From contig CAYZXY010000001.1 in the NCBI GenBank assembly GCA_964482555.1, forward strand, positions 78,591 to 142,590: DNA of 64,000 bases, in the 5' to 3' direction. The notes beneath the pieces are model-generated. The model made no database searches. It was not told the origin of the DNA and was given only the letters and a program-made list of their open reading frames with translations. The DNA comes from an uncultured Pirellulales bacterium (GTDB lineage Bacteria > Planctomycetota > Phycisphaerae > Sedimentisphaerales > SM23-30). Position numbers and translations under genes: made by a program. Positions 18,788 to 27,226 of this stretch are shown here, one piece after another; the first letter of the stretch is position 1; each line of letters starts with the position of its first letter.

Positions 18788-18975
18788 GTACCGCAGGCAT
18801 CCTGCCTGCATTTATACTCGTTCCAATTTAATATTACCGTTTTGCCCAAACGCAACTATTTTCGGGCAAAGCCTTTACGATTGGCCCTGGCGGGGATTCT
18901 CATACCCTTTGGGTTTAACCACGCTCAAACATCTGAAAGCGGAAAATGTTGAATTATGAGATACGTCAAAAAATG
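18788..18975 (+). repeat. Family-3 element interrupted by a Family-1 copy (nested insertion)
   Basis: GTACCGCAGGCATCCTGCCTGCATT | Family-1 copy | AACCACGCTCAAACATCTGAAAGCGGAAAATGTTGAATTATGAGATACGTCAAAAAATG. Colinear with 5709..5793 apart from the insert. Confidence 0.75.
18813..18917 (+). repeat. Family-1 interspersed repeat, copy 6 (subfamily B), nested in Family-3
   Basis: TATACTCGTTCCAATTTAATATTACCGTTTTGCCCAAACGCAACTATTTTCGGGCAAAGCCTTTACGATTGGCCCTGGCGGGGATTCTCATACCCTTTGGGTTTA. Confidence 0.85.
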
Positions 18976-18994
18976 CCGCAGCAGCAGATCCTGG

Positions 18995-19050
18995 TTATCC
19001 ACACAGAACAATCATTGTAATGGCCTTCTGAAAAAACACTTACAATGATT
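18995..19050. promoter_or_regulatory. perfect DnaA-box 9-mer plus 11-bp perfect inverted repeat upstream of the peroxiredoxin gene
   Basis: TTATCCACA at 18995..19003. AATCATTGTAA (19010..19020) and TTACAATGATT (19040..19050) are exact reverse complements separated by 19 nt. Confidence 0.3.
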
Positions 19051-19232
19051 TCATGTCCATTTTCAACAATTCCAGTATTTTAATCTCCTTTCTTTTTCTC
19101 TTATAAATCTTCCTGACTCCAAAATTTTTTTCTAACTTTTGTGACCTTTTTAGATTCTTCCGCCTACAATAAATCAGTAGTTTATTTAATTGGAGAACTA
19201 AATATTATATTGTTAATGAGGTATGAACAGTT

Positions 19233-19871
19233 ATGAGTGAACAAGAATGCTGCGTATACAATAAGATAAAAGTCGGCCAACAGGCTCCCGGATTCTGCGG
19301 CCAGGCCGTTGTTGGCCAGGAAATTGTTGATTTGTGCTACGATAAGGGCGAATTGAAAATCGGAGACCAGAAGATTACCGGTCAGTATATTGTCCTGTTT
19401 TTTTATCCGCTTGATTTCACCTTCGTTTGCCCGACGGAAATTCTGGCATTTCATGAAAAAATCGACGAGTTCAAAAAAATCGGCGCCCAGGTCATCGGTG
19501 CTTCCATCGACAGCCCTTTTACCCACATGGCTTGGAAAAACACCCCGCGCAACAAGGGCGGGCTGGGCGAGCTGGATTTCCCGCTGTTTTCCGACCTGAA
19601 CCGCCAATGCGCTGACGATTATGAAGTCCTGCTCGAAAACGGCGTTGCCGCCCGCGGTGTTTTCATTATCGACGAAAACGGCATCCTGCAAAGCCTCACC
19701 GTCAACAACCTCGGCGTCGGTCGCAATGTCGATGAGATCATCCGCGTTATCCAGGCTTTCCAGTTCGTCGCCAAACACGGCGAAGTCTGCCCGGCCAACT
19801 GGACCCCCGGCGGAGATACCATGAAAGCGGATCCCGTCGGTTCGCAGGAATATTTCAGCAAAGTGAAATGA
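19233..19871 (+). CDS. typical 2-Cys peroxiredoxin (AhpC/Prx1 subfamily)
   Basis: FFYPLDFTFVCPTEI (peroxidatic Cys) and HGEVCPANW (resolving Cys). SD TGAGGT upstream. Confidence 0.92.
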   Translation: MSEQECCVYNKIKVGQQAPGFCGQAVVGQEIVDLCYDKGELKIGDQKITGQYIVLFFYPLDFTFVCPTEILAFHEKIDEFKKIGAQVIGASIDSPFTHMAWKNTPRNKGGLGELDFPLFSDLNRQCADDYEVLLENGVAARGVFIIDENGILQSLTVNNLGVGRNVDEIIRVIQAFQFVAKHGEVCPANWTPGGDTMKADPVGSQEYFSKVK

Positions 19872-19900
19872 TACCCACAAAAAAATTCAAAGCTCATGAG

Positions 19901-19937
19901 ACCGGGGAGTCGCTTATTGCGCTCTCCGGTTTTTTTG
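19901..19937 (+). terminator. intrinsic terminator after the peroxiredoxin gene
   Basis: ACCGGGGAG-tcgcttattgcg-CTCTCCGGT (9-bp stem, one G-T) followed by TTTTTTT. Confidence 0.75.
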
Positions 19938-19977
19938 TAATTGCTTTTTCAATCCACGCGCAGGAGATAAAGACAAC

Positions 19978-20538
19978 ATGGACAAGGTGTTTGACATTGT
20001 AACGACCAAAGGAGGCGACGGCGGCCAAACATCACTGCTGGGCGGTGTACGTTTGCCCAAAGACGACTTCGTTTTCGAAGCCCTCGGCACCGTCGATGAG
20101 CTGAATTCGTTTATCGGCCTGGCCCGTTCGTCGTGCCATATCCGCATGGTGAGACTGTCCCTCCGGGCCATCCAGAAACGCCTGCTCACGGTTGGCACCG
20201 AACTGGCCCTGATCGACAGCGATGCCCCCAACCCCGGCATGCCGCAAATCATCCCCTCAGACGTTTCCCGGCTCGAAACGCTTGAATCCTGGTTTATGGC
20301 CAAAACCCCCATCCAGCGGCAATTCATCCTGCCCGGCGATGCCTTCGATTCGGCCTGTCTGGATGTCGCCCGCACCATCTGCCGACGAGCGGAACGACAG
20401 GTTGTCCGCCTCGCCCATCAGCGCGAAACTTCCGGCCTGGCGCTCGTCATGAAATTTCTCAACCGCCTCTCCGACCTGCTCTTTGTTATGGCCCGTTACA
20501 CAACCCACCAGCAAACATCAAACCATCAGCCGCGTTAA
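19978..20538 (+). CDS. PduO-type ATP:cob(I)alamin adenosyltransferase
   Basis: TTKGGDGGQTSLLGGVRLPKDDFVFEALGTVDELNSFIGLA is the hallmark N-terminal PduO-type motif. SD AGGAGA upstream. Confidence 0.88.
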   Translation: MDKVFDIVTTKGGDGGQTSLLGGVRLPKDDFVFEALGTVDELNSFIGLARSSCHIRMVRLSLRAIQKRLLTVGTELALIDSDAPNPGMPQIIPSDVSRLETLESWFMAKTPIQRQFILPGDAFDSACLDVARTICRRAERQVVRLAHQRETSGLALVMKFLNRLSDLLFVMARYTTHQQTSNHQPR

Positions 20539-20585
20539 CGATTCACGCTGTGAGCAAAAATTACTCGATGTTTAACTTACCCCGT

Positions 20586-21641
20586 TCAAAACAACGACGG
20601 CTCCTCATCGACCGCATCCTCATCCTGCGGTTCCGGCTTCTCCGGCGGCATTATGCCCAGATGCTCATACGCTCGTGCCGTCGCGACCCGCCCCTGCCGG
20701 GTCCGGGCGATAAAACCGATCTGAAGCAGATACGGCTCGACCACATCCTCCAGCGTATCGCGTTCTTCGCCCAGTGTAGCCGCCAGCGCCTCAATCCCTG
20801 CCGGTCCGCCGTCATAAACCTTTATCAAGGCGTTCAACATCGACCGGTCCAGTTGATCCAGTCCCAGACCGTCAATTTCCTCTATCTTCAGCGCCGCCTG
20901 GGCCATCTTTTCATTTATAACCCCCTCGCCGTGTACCTGGGCATAATCCCGCACCCGCCGCAACAGTCGATTCGCCACCCGTGGCGTCCCCCGGCTGCAA
21001 GAACTGATCAGATCGATCGCCAACTCATCACACGGAATCCGCAGCAGACGCGCTGACCGCGCGACACATTGTCCCAGATGCTCCCGAGACCAGAACTCCA
21101 GATGATGCTGTATCCCGAACCTCGCCCGCAACGGCGAAGTGATCAGCCCCGCCCGCGTCGTCGCCCCCAGCAGCGTAAACGCCTGCAGAGGTATATTGAT
21201 TGTCTTGGCATGCATGCCGCTATCGACCGTAAAATCTACCTTGAAATCCTCCATCGCCGGATAAATAAACTCCTCCACCGTCACCGGCAGCCGGTGAATC
21301 TCATCAATAAACAGCACATCTCCCTGCTGCAGATTCGTCAGCACCCCCATCAGGTCACCCGGTCGCACCAGTGCCGGCCCGCTGGTCGCCTTGATATTCA
21401 CACCCATCTCATGAGCAATCACATAGGCGATCGTCGTCTTACCTAAGCCGGGCGGCCCATGCAGCAGCGTATGTTCCATTGGCTCGTTTCGCTGCTTCGC
21501 CGCCGTAATCGCAATCCGCAGCTTCTCGATCAGCTTTTCCTGACCGATACACTCCTCCAGCGACGTCGGCCGCAACGTTAGATCGTACCGGTCCTCATCC
21601 TGCCCTTGAGCATTCGCATCTATGATTCGTTCTCGTGTCAT
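20586..21641 (-). CDS. ruvB: Holliday junction branch-migration helicase RuvB
   Basis: LRPTSLEECIGQEKL...LLHGPPGLGKTTIA (Walker A)...VLFIDEIHRL (Walker B)...GATTRAGLITSPLRARFG...GTPRVANRLLRRVRD. No ruvA adjacent. Confidence 0.96.
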   Translation of the reverse strand: MTRERIIDANAQGQDEDRYDLTLRPTSLEECIGQEKLIEKLRIAITAAKQRNEPMEHTLLHGPPGLGKTTIAYVIAHEMGVNIKATSGPALVRPGDLMGVLTNLQQGDVLFIDEIHRLPVTVEEFIYPAMEDFKVDFTVDSGMHAKTINIPLQAFTLLGATTRAGLITSPLRARFGIQHHLEFWSREHLGQCVARSARLLRIPCDELAIDLISSCSRGTPRVANRLLRRVRDYAQVHGEGVINEKMAQAALKIEEIDGLGLDQLDRSMLNALIKVYDGGPAGIEALAATLGEERDTLEDVVEPYLLQIGFIARTRQGRVATARAYEHLGIMPPEKPEPQDEDAVDEEPSLF

Positions 21642-21651
21642 AAAAAACCAA

Positions 21652-21760
21652 TTTATACCCCATTGGGGAGAAAGCTCCCGGCAGGGCCGGGCGTAAGCTT
21701 TTTATTCGCAGATAATTACGTTCCGACAAAACGGATATTTTCTATCGGAACGAGTATTAA
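21652..21760 (-). repeat. Family-1 interspersed repeat, copy 7
   Basis: Plus strand TTTATACCCCATTGGGGAGAAAGCTCCCGGCAGGGCCGGGCGTAAGCTTTTTATTCGCAGATAATTACGTTCCGACAAAACGGATATTTTCTATCGGAACGAGTATTAA. Starts 11 nt upstream of the ruvB start codon. Confidence 0.88.
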
Positions 21761-21807
21761 TATTAAAAATAAAAAAACATGAGCTTTGATATTGGACTTT
21801 TTCATTT

Positions 21808-22041
21808 TTATTCCTCCATCTCCCCTTTCTCTTTCGAAACGCCCCCTTCCAGCCATTCCTCATAACGCGCCCGTGTCCGCTTGATCCGTTTGGGCATAAA
21901 ATCCTTATGGATCTTATTCTCGTACAAATCCACCTGAAACGACAGGTTTTTCTCCATAATCTCCCGTAACGCATCCACACCCTCCGACATCGCTAAAACC
22001 GCTGCCTTCAGTTCCTTCATCTCTTGATTATTCTGCTCCAT
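21808..22041 (-). CDS. hypothetical 77-aa charged/helical protein
   Basis: MEQNNQEMKELKAAVLAMSEGVDALREIMEKNL... SD GGGAGA 8 nt upstream of the ATG. No recognisable family. Confidence 0.35.
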   Translation of the reverse strand: MEQNNQEMKELKAAVLAMSEGVDALREIMEKNLSFQVDLYENKIHKDFMPKRIKRTRARYEEWLEGGVSKEKGEMEE

Positions 22042-22230
22042 GATTCATCTCCCATATTCCAGTAGATTAATAGTGCCTCCAATGGGTCATACATTGCCAC
22101 TATTCACGTTCCATTCTCTCTTAATCATCTATAAGATTCTATAAAATCTCGTCATGTTAATAAACAAAAATCCTCACTATCCTCAGGAATACCCCTTCAC
22201 GTATATAGTCCGGGGATGGATTTTTGTTAT

Positions 22231-22308
22231 ATATACTCGTTTCGATTGAATTTACCCGTTTTGTCGGAACCTAATCATGTACGGAGCTTTCCACCCGATT
22301 GGGTATAG
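22231..22308 (+). repeat. Family-1 interspersed repeat, copy 8 (about 30-nt internal deletion)
   Basis: ATATACTCGTTTCGATTGAATTTACCCGTTTTGTCGGAACCTAATCATGTACGGAGCTTTCCACCCGATTGGGTATA. Lies 34 nt beyond the znuC stop. Confidence 0.8.
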
Positions 22309-22341
22309 TTCTTGCTGCGGTACATGTCTACACAACAAGAA

Positions 22342-23109
22342 CTATCTATGCTGTGTCACATTTCCGTCATGTTGATGGCAGATTAAATGCTGCTGAAACT
22401 CACCGAAATATTGTGTCATGTTGTCGGATTGGCAGAACTCGTCAAAGGAGCCATAATAAACCAGCTTCCGATCAAGATAAAGCAGTTTCGTCGCGTATTC
22501 GCCGATCGTCGTACTGTCGTGACTGATTAGCATGATGGTCGTACCCTGTTGCCGGTGCAGTTTCGTGGTGATCTCGTAGAACTGGTTACGGGCTATCGGA
22601 TCGAGCGCCAGAATCGGTTCATCCAGGACCAGCAACTCCGGGCGAGATACCAGCGCCCGAGCCAAAAGCACCCGCTGCCGCTGGCCGCCGGAAAGCCGGC
22701 CAATGAATTTATCCTTCAGTCCGGAGATCCCAAGCAGCTCCAGCGTATCTCTGACGGATTCCATATCAGCGCGGGTAATCCAGCGGGGAAACTGCTTCCG
22801 GCATATCAGCCCCGTCGCCACGATTTCCGCGACTTTAGCAGGAAAGCGGTGCGTGGGAATGGATGTGCTCTGCGGCAGATACCCGATTCGTGCCCACTGG
22901 TTGAATCCGTCCAGCCTCTGGTCAAACAGTTTGATCTCACCATTAGATTTTTCGACAAGCCCGAGCAGGGCCTTAACCAGTGTCGATTTACCCGAACCGT
23001 TAGGTCCGACAATCCCCAGATATTCGCCCGCCTCCAGGTCAAAGCTGATATTATCCAGCACGGTCGATTGCTGATATTTTACGCTGAGCTGATTGACTGA
23101 AACGATCAT
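22342..23109 (-). CDS. znuC: metal (zinc-type) ABC transporter ATP-binding protein
   Basis: GIVGPNGSGKSTL (Walker A), LSGGQRQRVLLARAL (signature), LLVLDEP (Walker B). Start overlaps the znuA stop (ATGA). Confidence 0.85.
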   Translation of the reverse strand: MIVSVNQLSVKYQQSTVLDNISFDLEAGEYLGIVGPNGSGKSTLVKALLGLVEKSNGEIKLFDQRLDGFNQWARIGYLPQSTSIPTHRFPAKVAEIVATGLICRKQFPRWITRADMESVRDTLELLGISGLKDKFIGRLSGGQRQRVLLARALVSRPELLVLDEPILALDPIARNQFYEITTKLHRQQGTTIMLISHDSTTIGEYATKLLYLDRKLVYYGSFDEFCQSDNMTQYFGEFQQHLICHQHDGNVTQHR

Positions 23110-24107
23110 GGCGTGTACTCCAGACCTTTTTTAAGTCGTTCCAGGTTGGCTCGCATGATATCAAGATAAGTAATGCCGTTTTTGAATTCCTTTTTACTGA
23201 CGTTATGGGCCCCATGCAGAAGCAGCATCTCCGTGCCGGTTTCCTCGGAAATGATCTCGGCCATTTTCGGCTGCACCAACTCTTCGTAAAAAATGGCCTT
23301 GATGTCCATTTCCTTTACCTTATCGATCAGGCGAATGGTTTCCTGAGGACGGGCCTGGGAATTGGGCGAAACGCCTTTATAAGGCGACATATATTCCAGT
23401 CCGTACCGACGGGAAAAATAACCAAAAGCAAAATGACCGCCATAAATGATGGTCTTGTGTTTGCATTTGGCCAGCGTCTCGCGTATGTCCTTGTCAAGCT
23501 GTTCGAGTTCGGCGATGAGTTTCTGAGAATTCTCTTCATACTTTTGCTTGTTGGCCGGGTCTTTAGCACTCAACGCCTCGGCAATCCCTCCCACCATTTG
23601 CTGCGCCAGAATCGGATCCAGCCAGATATGCGGATCGATGTTCAAGCCTGTATTGGTATGACCGTGTTCACAGGCTTCCGTATGTACATGGTGTGAATCA
23701 TTATGCGAACAACCTTCATGATCTTCCAGTTCCTCCAGCTTAACCTTGCCGCTGATGTCCACCACCATCAATTCAGAACTGTCAACGCTGGCCGGCAGAT
23801 CTTCAGCCCACGGTTCCATAAACGGACCGGTATAAATAAAAATATCCGCCTGGCCGATCTGGACCAGCTCTTTTGGCGTCGGGGAATAACTGTGAGCTTC
23901 GACGCCCGGGGGCAGCAGCAGCGTAACGTCAACCTCTTCACCTCCAACGTGCCGAACAAAATCGTACAACGGGAAAAGTGTCGTAATAACCTGTAGATTT
24001 CCCGTATTTCCCGCAGTCGGCTCTTGCCGATTACAACTGGTAAAAATGGCTAAAACAAACATTTGAAATATGAAAAACAAGGTATAAATGCGATTCATGA
24101 TCAGCAT
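23106..24107 (-). CDS. znuA: zinc ABC transporter substrate-binding lipoprotein (ZnuA/TroA cluster A-I)
   Basis: Lipobox ...LAIFTSC. His/Cys-rich loop HEGCSHNDSHHVHTEACEHGHTN typical of ZnuA. DPHIWLDP motif. Overlaps the zur stop by 7 nt. Confidence 0.85.
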   Translation of the reverse strand: MLIMNRIYTLFFIFQMFVLAIFTSCNRQEPTAGNTGNLQVITTLFPLYDFVRHVGGEEVDVTLLLPPGVEAHSYSPTPKELVQIGQADIFIYTGPFMEPWAEDLPASVDSSELMVVDISGKVKLEELEDHEGCSHNDSHHVHTEACEHGHTNTGLNIDPHIWLDPILAQQMVGGIAEALSAKDPANKQKYEENSQKLIAELEQLDKDIRETLAKCKHKTIIYGGHFAFGYFSRRYGLEYMSPYKGVSPNSQARPQETIRLIDKVKEMDIKAIFYEELVQPKMAEIISEETGTEMLLLHGAHNVSKKEFKNGITYLDIMRANLERLKKGLEYTP

Positions 24108-24553
24108 TCCTCATACATTTTTTTTTGTAACTTTGAATGGCTGCATTCCGGACAGAATCCTTCTAGTCGCAGTTGCTGCCTTTCTACGACATAACCACCG
24201 GGTATATTCGTAACGGCCGGGATGAAGGTGTCTTTCAGGCAATCAGTTTTCCCGCAATCCTGACAGATGAAATGCGGATGGCACTGATTATCCCGGCAGT
24301 GATGAGCCAGTTCATAATGCCAGGCACGATCCTTGACGAAGGCCCGATGGACCAGTCCAACATCGACAAAATGTTCCAGTGTTCTGTAAATAGTTGTCCT
24401 GTCTATATTTACGTCAATATTATCCTGTATGTCCTTTTCGCGGATCGGGTGGTCGGCATCGTGCAGCAGCCGGTATATTTCCACCCGGCCGGGCGTACAA
24501 CGCAACCCTGATTGATTCAGCATCTGTTTGATCGTATGATCGGACGTCGTCAT
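24101..24553 (-). CDS. zur: Fur-family metalloregulator, probably Zur
   Basis: Start set at the internal ATG (MTTSDHTIKQMLNQSGLRCTPGRVEIYRLL...), giving 150 aa. Winged-helix N-domain, then HHCRDNQCHPHFICQDCG...CPEC metal sites. The first 63 codons of the tracked ORF are AT-rich leader. Confidence 0.8.
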   Translation of the reverse strand: MTTSDHTIKQMLNQSGLRCTPGRVEIYRLLHDADHPIREKDIQDNIDVNIDRTTIYRTLEHFVDVGLVHRAFVKDRAWHYELAHHCRDNQCHPHFICQDCGKTDCLKDTFIPAVTNIPGGYVVERQQLRLEGFCPECSHSKLQKKMYEEC

Positions 24554-24590
24554 ATAATAACAATAACCTATTAATTGAGCATCATTTAGA

Positions 24591-24609
24591 ATAATACTCA
24601 TGTTATTAT
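24591..24609. promoter_or_regulatory. candidate Fur/Zur-box-like operator upstream of zur-znuAC
   Basis: ATAATACTCATGTTATTAT: 19-mer with 6-bp inverted arms ATAATA/TATTAT, 38-56 nt upstream of the zur ATG. A further ATAATAAC/GTTATTAT pair sits nearby. Confidence 0.3.
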
Positions 24610-24764
24610 ATATTAAATGCAACACATTTGCAAGTAGTGACAGGATAATTAATCGACGGGTGTATCTCAGACATTCTGCCTGCAGTTGGTGGGTTGCTTG
24701 TGTTGCGAAAAGAATGCCGTGAGGGCTTGCCGCTAAAAACAATGGAACCGTTTACGGTATTTTT

Positions 24765-24869
24765 TTATACGCGTTTCGATTGAAATTGCCCGTTTTATCA
24801 GAACGTAATTTTTGCGGATAATACACTTACGCCCGACCTTGCCAAAAATTTCTACCCAACAGGGTATAA
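24765..24869 (+). repeat. Family-1 interspersed repeat, copy 9
   Basis: TTATACGCGTTTCGATTGAAATTGCCCGTTTTATCAGAACGTAATTTTTGCGGATAATACACTTACGCCCGACCTTGCCAAAAATTTCTACCCAACAGGGTATAAA. Lies between the dnaA stop and the zur promoter. Confidence 0.85.
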
Positions 24870-24949
24870 AAATCGAATTCATGCTTCAATTTTTCGGCTG
24901 CACCGCGAAAGCGTTTCCTGATGTACTGTTTCGCAGAAACCCAAACGCT

Positions 24950-26311
24950 TTAACGCATATGATTGCGGCTTTCATGCTGCGTCAGGCCAGTCACCAGGGA
25001 ATCGACCATGCCGCGAATGGATTCATCGTGGTCGCAAAGCTTGTCGATATTGCGGTAGGCGTGCAGGACGGTGGTATGATCACGCCCGCCGAAATAGCCG
25101 CCGATTTCTTCGAGGCTGTGGTTGGTCAGATCGCGGGCCAGATACATGCAGATCTGGCGGGGCAGAGCGATGCTGCGGCTGCGGCGTTTGCCCTGCAGAT
25201 CGCTGAGCCGGACGTTGAAATGATCCGTGACGGCTTCGATAATCTGGCTGATGGAGACCTGCCGATGGGCGGGTGTGGGCTCTTCGCCCAGGGCCTGCCG
25301 GGCCAGTTCCAAGTTGATAGTGCCGTTATCCAGCATGGCCAGCCCATGTACCTTGGTCAGAGCGCCTTCGAGTTCCCGGGTGTTGCTTTCGATTTTTCGG
25401 GCGATGAAGTTGATCACTTCTTCCGGAGGGTGCAGACCGCGCAAGGACGCTTTTTTATATAAAATCGCCATCCGCATTTCAAAACTGGGTTTATCGATGC
25501 GGGTGACCAGCCCCTGATTGAAGCGACTGACCAGACGGTCTTCGAGTTTCGGCATTTCCGCCGGCGAGCAATCAGCGGAAAGGATTATCTGCTTACGGGA
25601 TTGATAAAGGCTGTTGAAAGTGTGGAAAAATTCCTCCTGCGACCGCTCCCGGTCGGAGAGAAACTGAACATCGTCAATGACCAGCACATCCACATGCCGG
25701 TATTTATGTCGAAAATCGTACAGTTTCCCCTCTTCCACGGCCCGAATGAAATCGTTCACGAACGTTTCGCAGGTCATATACATTACCCGCGCGTTGCTGT
25801 TGGATTTAAGAAACGCCTGGCAGGTGGCCTGCATCAGGTGGGTTTTACCAAGCCCGACTGAACCATGCAGAAACAAGGGATTGTAGGTCGTACCAGGCGA
25901 TTCGCTGACTGCCAGACATGCCGCGTGCGAAAGCCGGTTGCAGGGGCCGACCACAAAATTGGAAAAGGTGTAATCCGGATTGAAAAAGATTAGATCGTTA
26001 TCGTCATCCTGGTAATCTTCATCATCTGTTGACGAATACATCATATCCGATTGTTCGGAGTAAAAGAATTCCAGGCTGATCAAATGGCCGGTAATACACT
26101 GGGCGGCCTCTTTGAATTCATTATAACAGTTATGTTTGAGGTACTGCTGCCAGGAGCGCTCGGGGACACCGATTCGAAGCAGCCCGTTGTCCAGGCCGAT
26201 CGGTTCCAGCTGCTCAAACCAGCTGCGCCAGTGAGGGCAGTTATTGATTTGTAAATGGCGTAAAATCCTATCCCAGATGTCAGTTAATACGTCTGCCACG
26301 AAAATCTCCAT
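24950..26311 (-). CDS. dnaA: chromosomal replication initiator protein DnaA
   Basis: NPLFLHGSVGLGKTHLMQA (Walker A), VLVIDDVQFL (Walker B), box VII/sensor RELEGAL. C-terminal DNA-binding domain IALPRQICMYLARDLTNHSLEEIGGYFGGRDHTTVLHAYRNI. Confidence 0.97.
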   Translation of the reverse strand: MEIFVADVLTDIWDRILRHLQINNCPHWRSWFEQLEPIGLDNGLLRIGVPERSWQQYLKHNCYNEFKEAAQCITGHLISLEFFYSEQSDMMYSSTDDEDYQDDDNDLIFFNPDYTFSNFVVGPCNRLSHAACLAVSESPGTTYNPLFLHGSVGLGKTHLMQATCQAFLKSNSNARVMYMTCETFVNDFIRAVEEGKLYDFRHKYRHVDVLVIDDVQFLSDRERSQEEFFHTFNSLYQSRKQIILSADCSPAEMPKLEDRLVSRFNQGLVTRIDKPSFEMRMAILYKKASLRGLHPPEEVINFIARKIESNTRELEGALTKVHGLAMLDNGTINLELARQALGEEPTPAHRQVSISQIIEAVTDHFNVRLSDLQGKRRSRSIALPRQICMYLARDLTNHSLEEIGGYFGGRDHTTVLHAYRNIDKLCDHDESIRGMVDSLVTGLTQHESRNHMR

Positions 26312-26802
26312 GTTGGACTCAGAAAATTCTGGTAACCAATTGCAAATACTAAAATGAAGCGAAGTTAACGAACGAACCGGCAGACCCGGATACCATTACG
26401 TATGACCAATTTTCCTATCCAGCTTGTATCAACCGTAATAAAAAAGGATGTGCTATGATATTGAAATGCCGCAATATGTGCAGTCACGTAGTTCATATAA
26501 ATTCAAAACCTTTGTCCGCGCAAAACACTTGTGATGCATGATTATCCCCCTCCCTGGGGCAGGTAAGGCTATTGAGGTACGCGTCCATGCGTGAATATCA
26601 CTCAAAGCTCAATACATAACGGAAATTACTGAAAAACGAGCGAATGGCTCATTTGTGCCGCATAAATCCGCTGAAACTCTTTTCCTGGCAAAATGGCTTT
26701 GCATCCGATTTCGCCTTTGAAGTTTATAGATTCGAAGTGGATCTGTCAAACGAAAATACCTTATCAATTTTTAATTGCTCCAGTAGCTTATAAATAACTT
26801 TT

Positions 26803-26908
26803 CTATATTTGTTCCGATTGTAATTGTCCGTTTTACCAGGCCGTTATTTTGTGCAGATAATACACTAAAGCTCGGCCCTGACAGAAACTTTTTACACGAG
26901 GGGTAAAC
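26803..26908 (+). repeat. Family-1 interspersed repeat, copy 10 (divergent)
   Basis: CTATATTTGTTCCGATTGTAATTGTCCGTTTTACCAGGCCGTTATTTTGTGCAGATAATACACTAAAGCTCGGCCCTGACAGAAACTTTTTACACGAGGGGTAAAC. Confidence 0.7.
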
Positions 26909-27067
26909 AATGACCATTTAGCAGCGTTTATGATTTTTTCATAATCAATGTATCAGTGCGATTTCGCTCTTTTTTTGTGGTATCTTTAACGGATGAGGCT
27001 TTACAGAGCCTTTTGACCAGCAACTCAAGATGTTTTGGAGTATTCGATCACTTATTCGAGAGTTAAG

Positions 27068-27226
27068 GGTGCCTCTAATAATTGCTTTTGAGGCGAAAGC
27101 GAAGATTTTTTTCGTCTAACAAGAAATGGAAAACCGGGCATATTGGTATATATTCACGGTTTTTCATGACGAAGGCCAGAAGGAAAAAAGATCGCTTGCA
27201 GCCCAAAATGAATTTTTAGAGGTACC
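27068..27226 (+). mobile_element. Family-2 MITE-like element, copy B
   Basis: GGTGCCTCTAATAATTGCTTTTGAGGCGAAAGCGAAG...CCCAAAATGAATTTTTAGAGGTACC. TIR GGTGCCTCTAATAATT vs reverse complement GGTACCTCTAAAAATT. Flanks TTAAG / TTAAA. Confidence 0.75.

Noticed and set aside
20550-21446. Plus-strand ORFs 20550..21056 and 21069..21446 opposite ruvB, and 24812..25462 opposite dnaA.
   Set aside because: Shadow ORFs of highly conserved genes. Arg/Pro/Gln-rich nonsense-like sequence.
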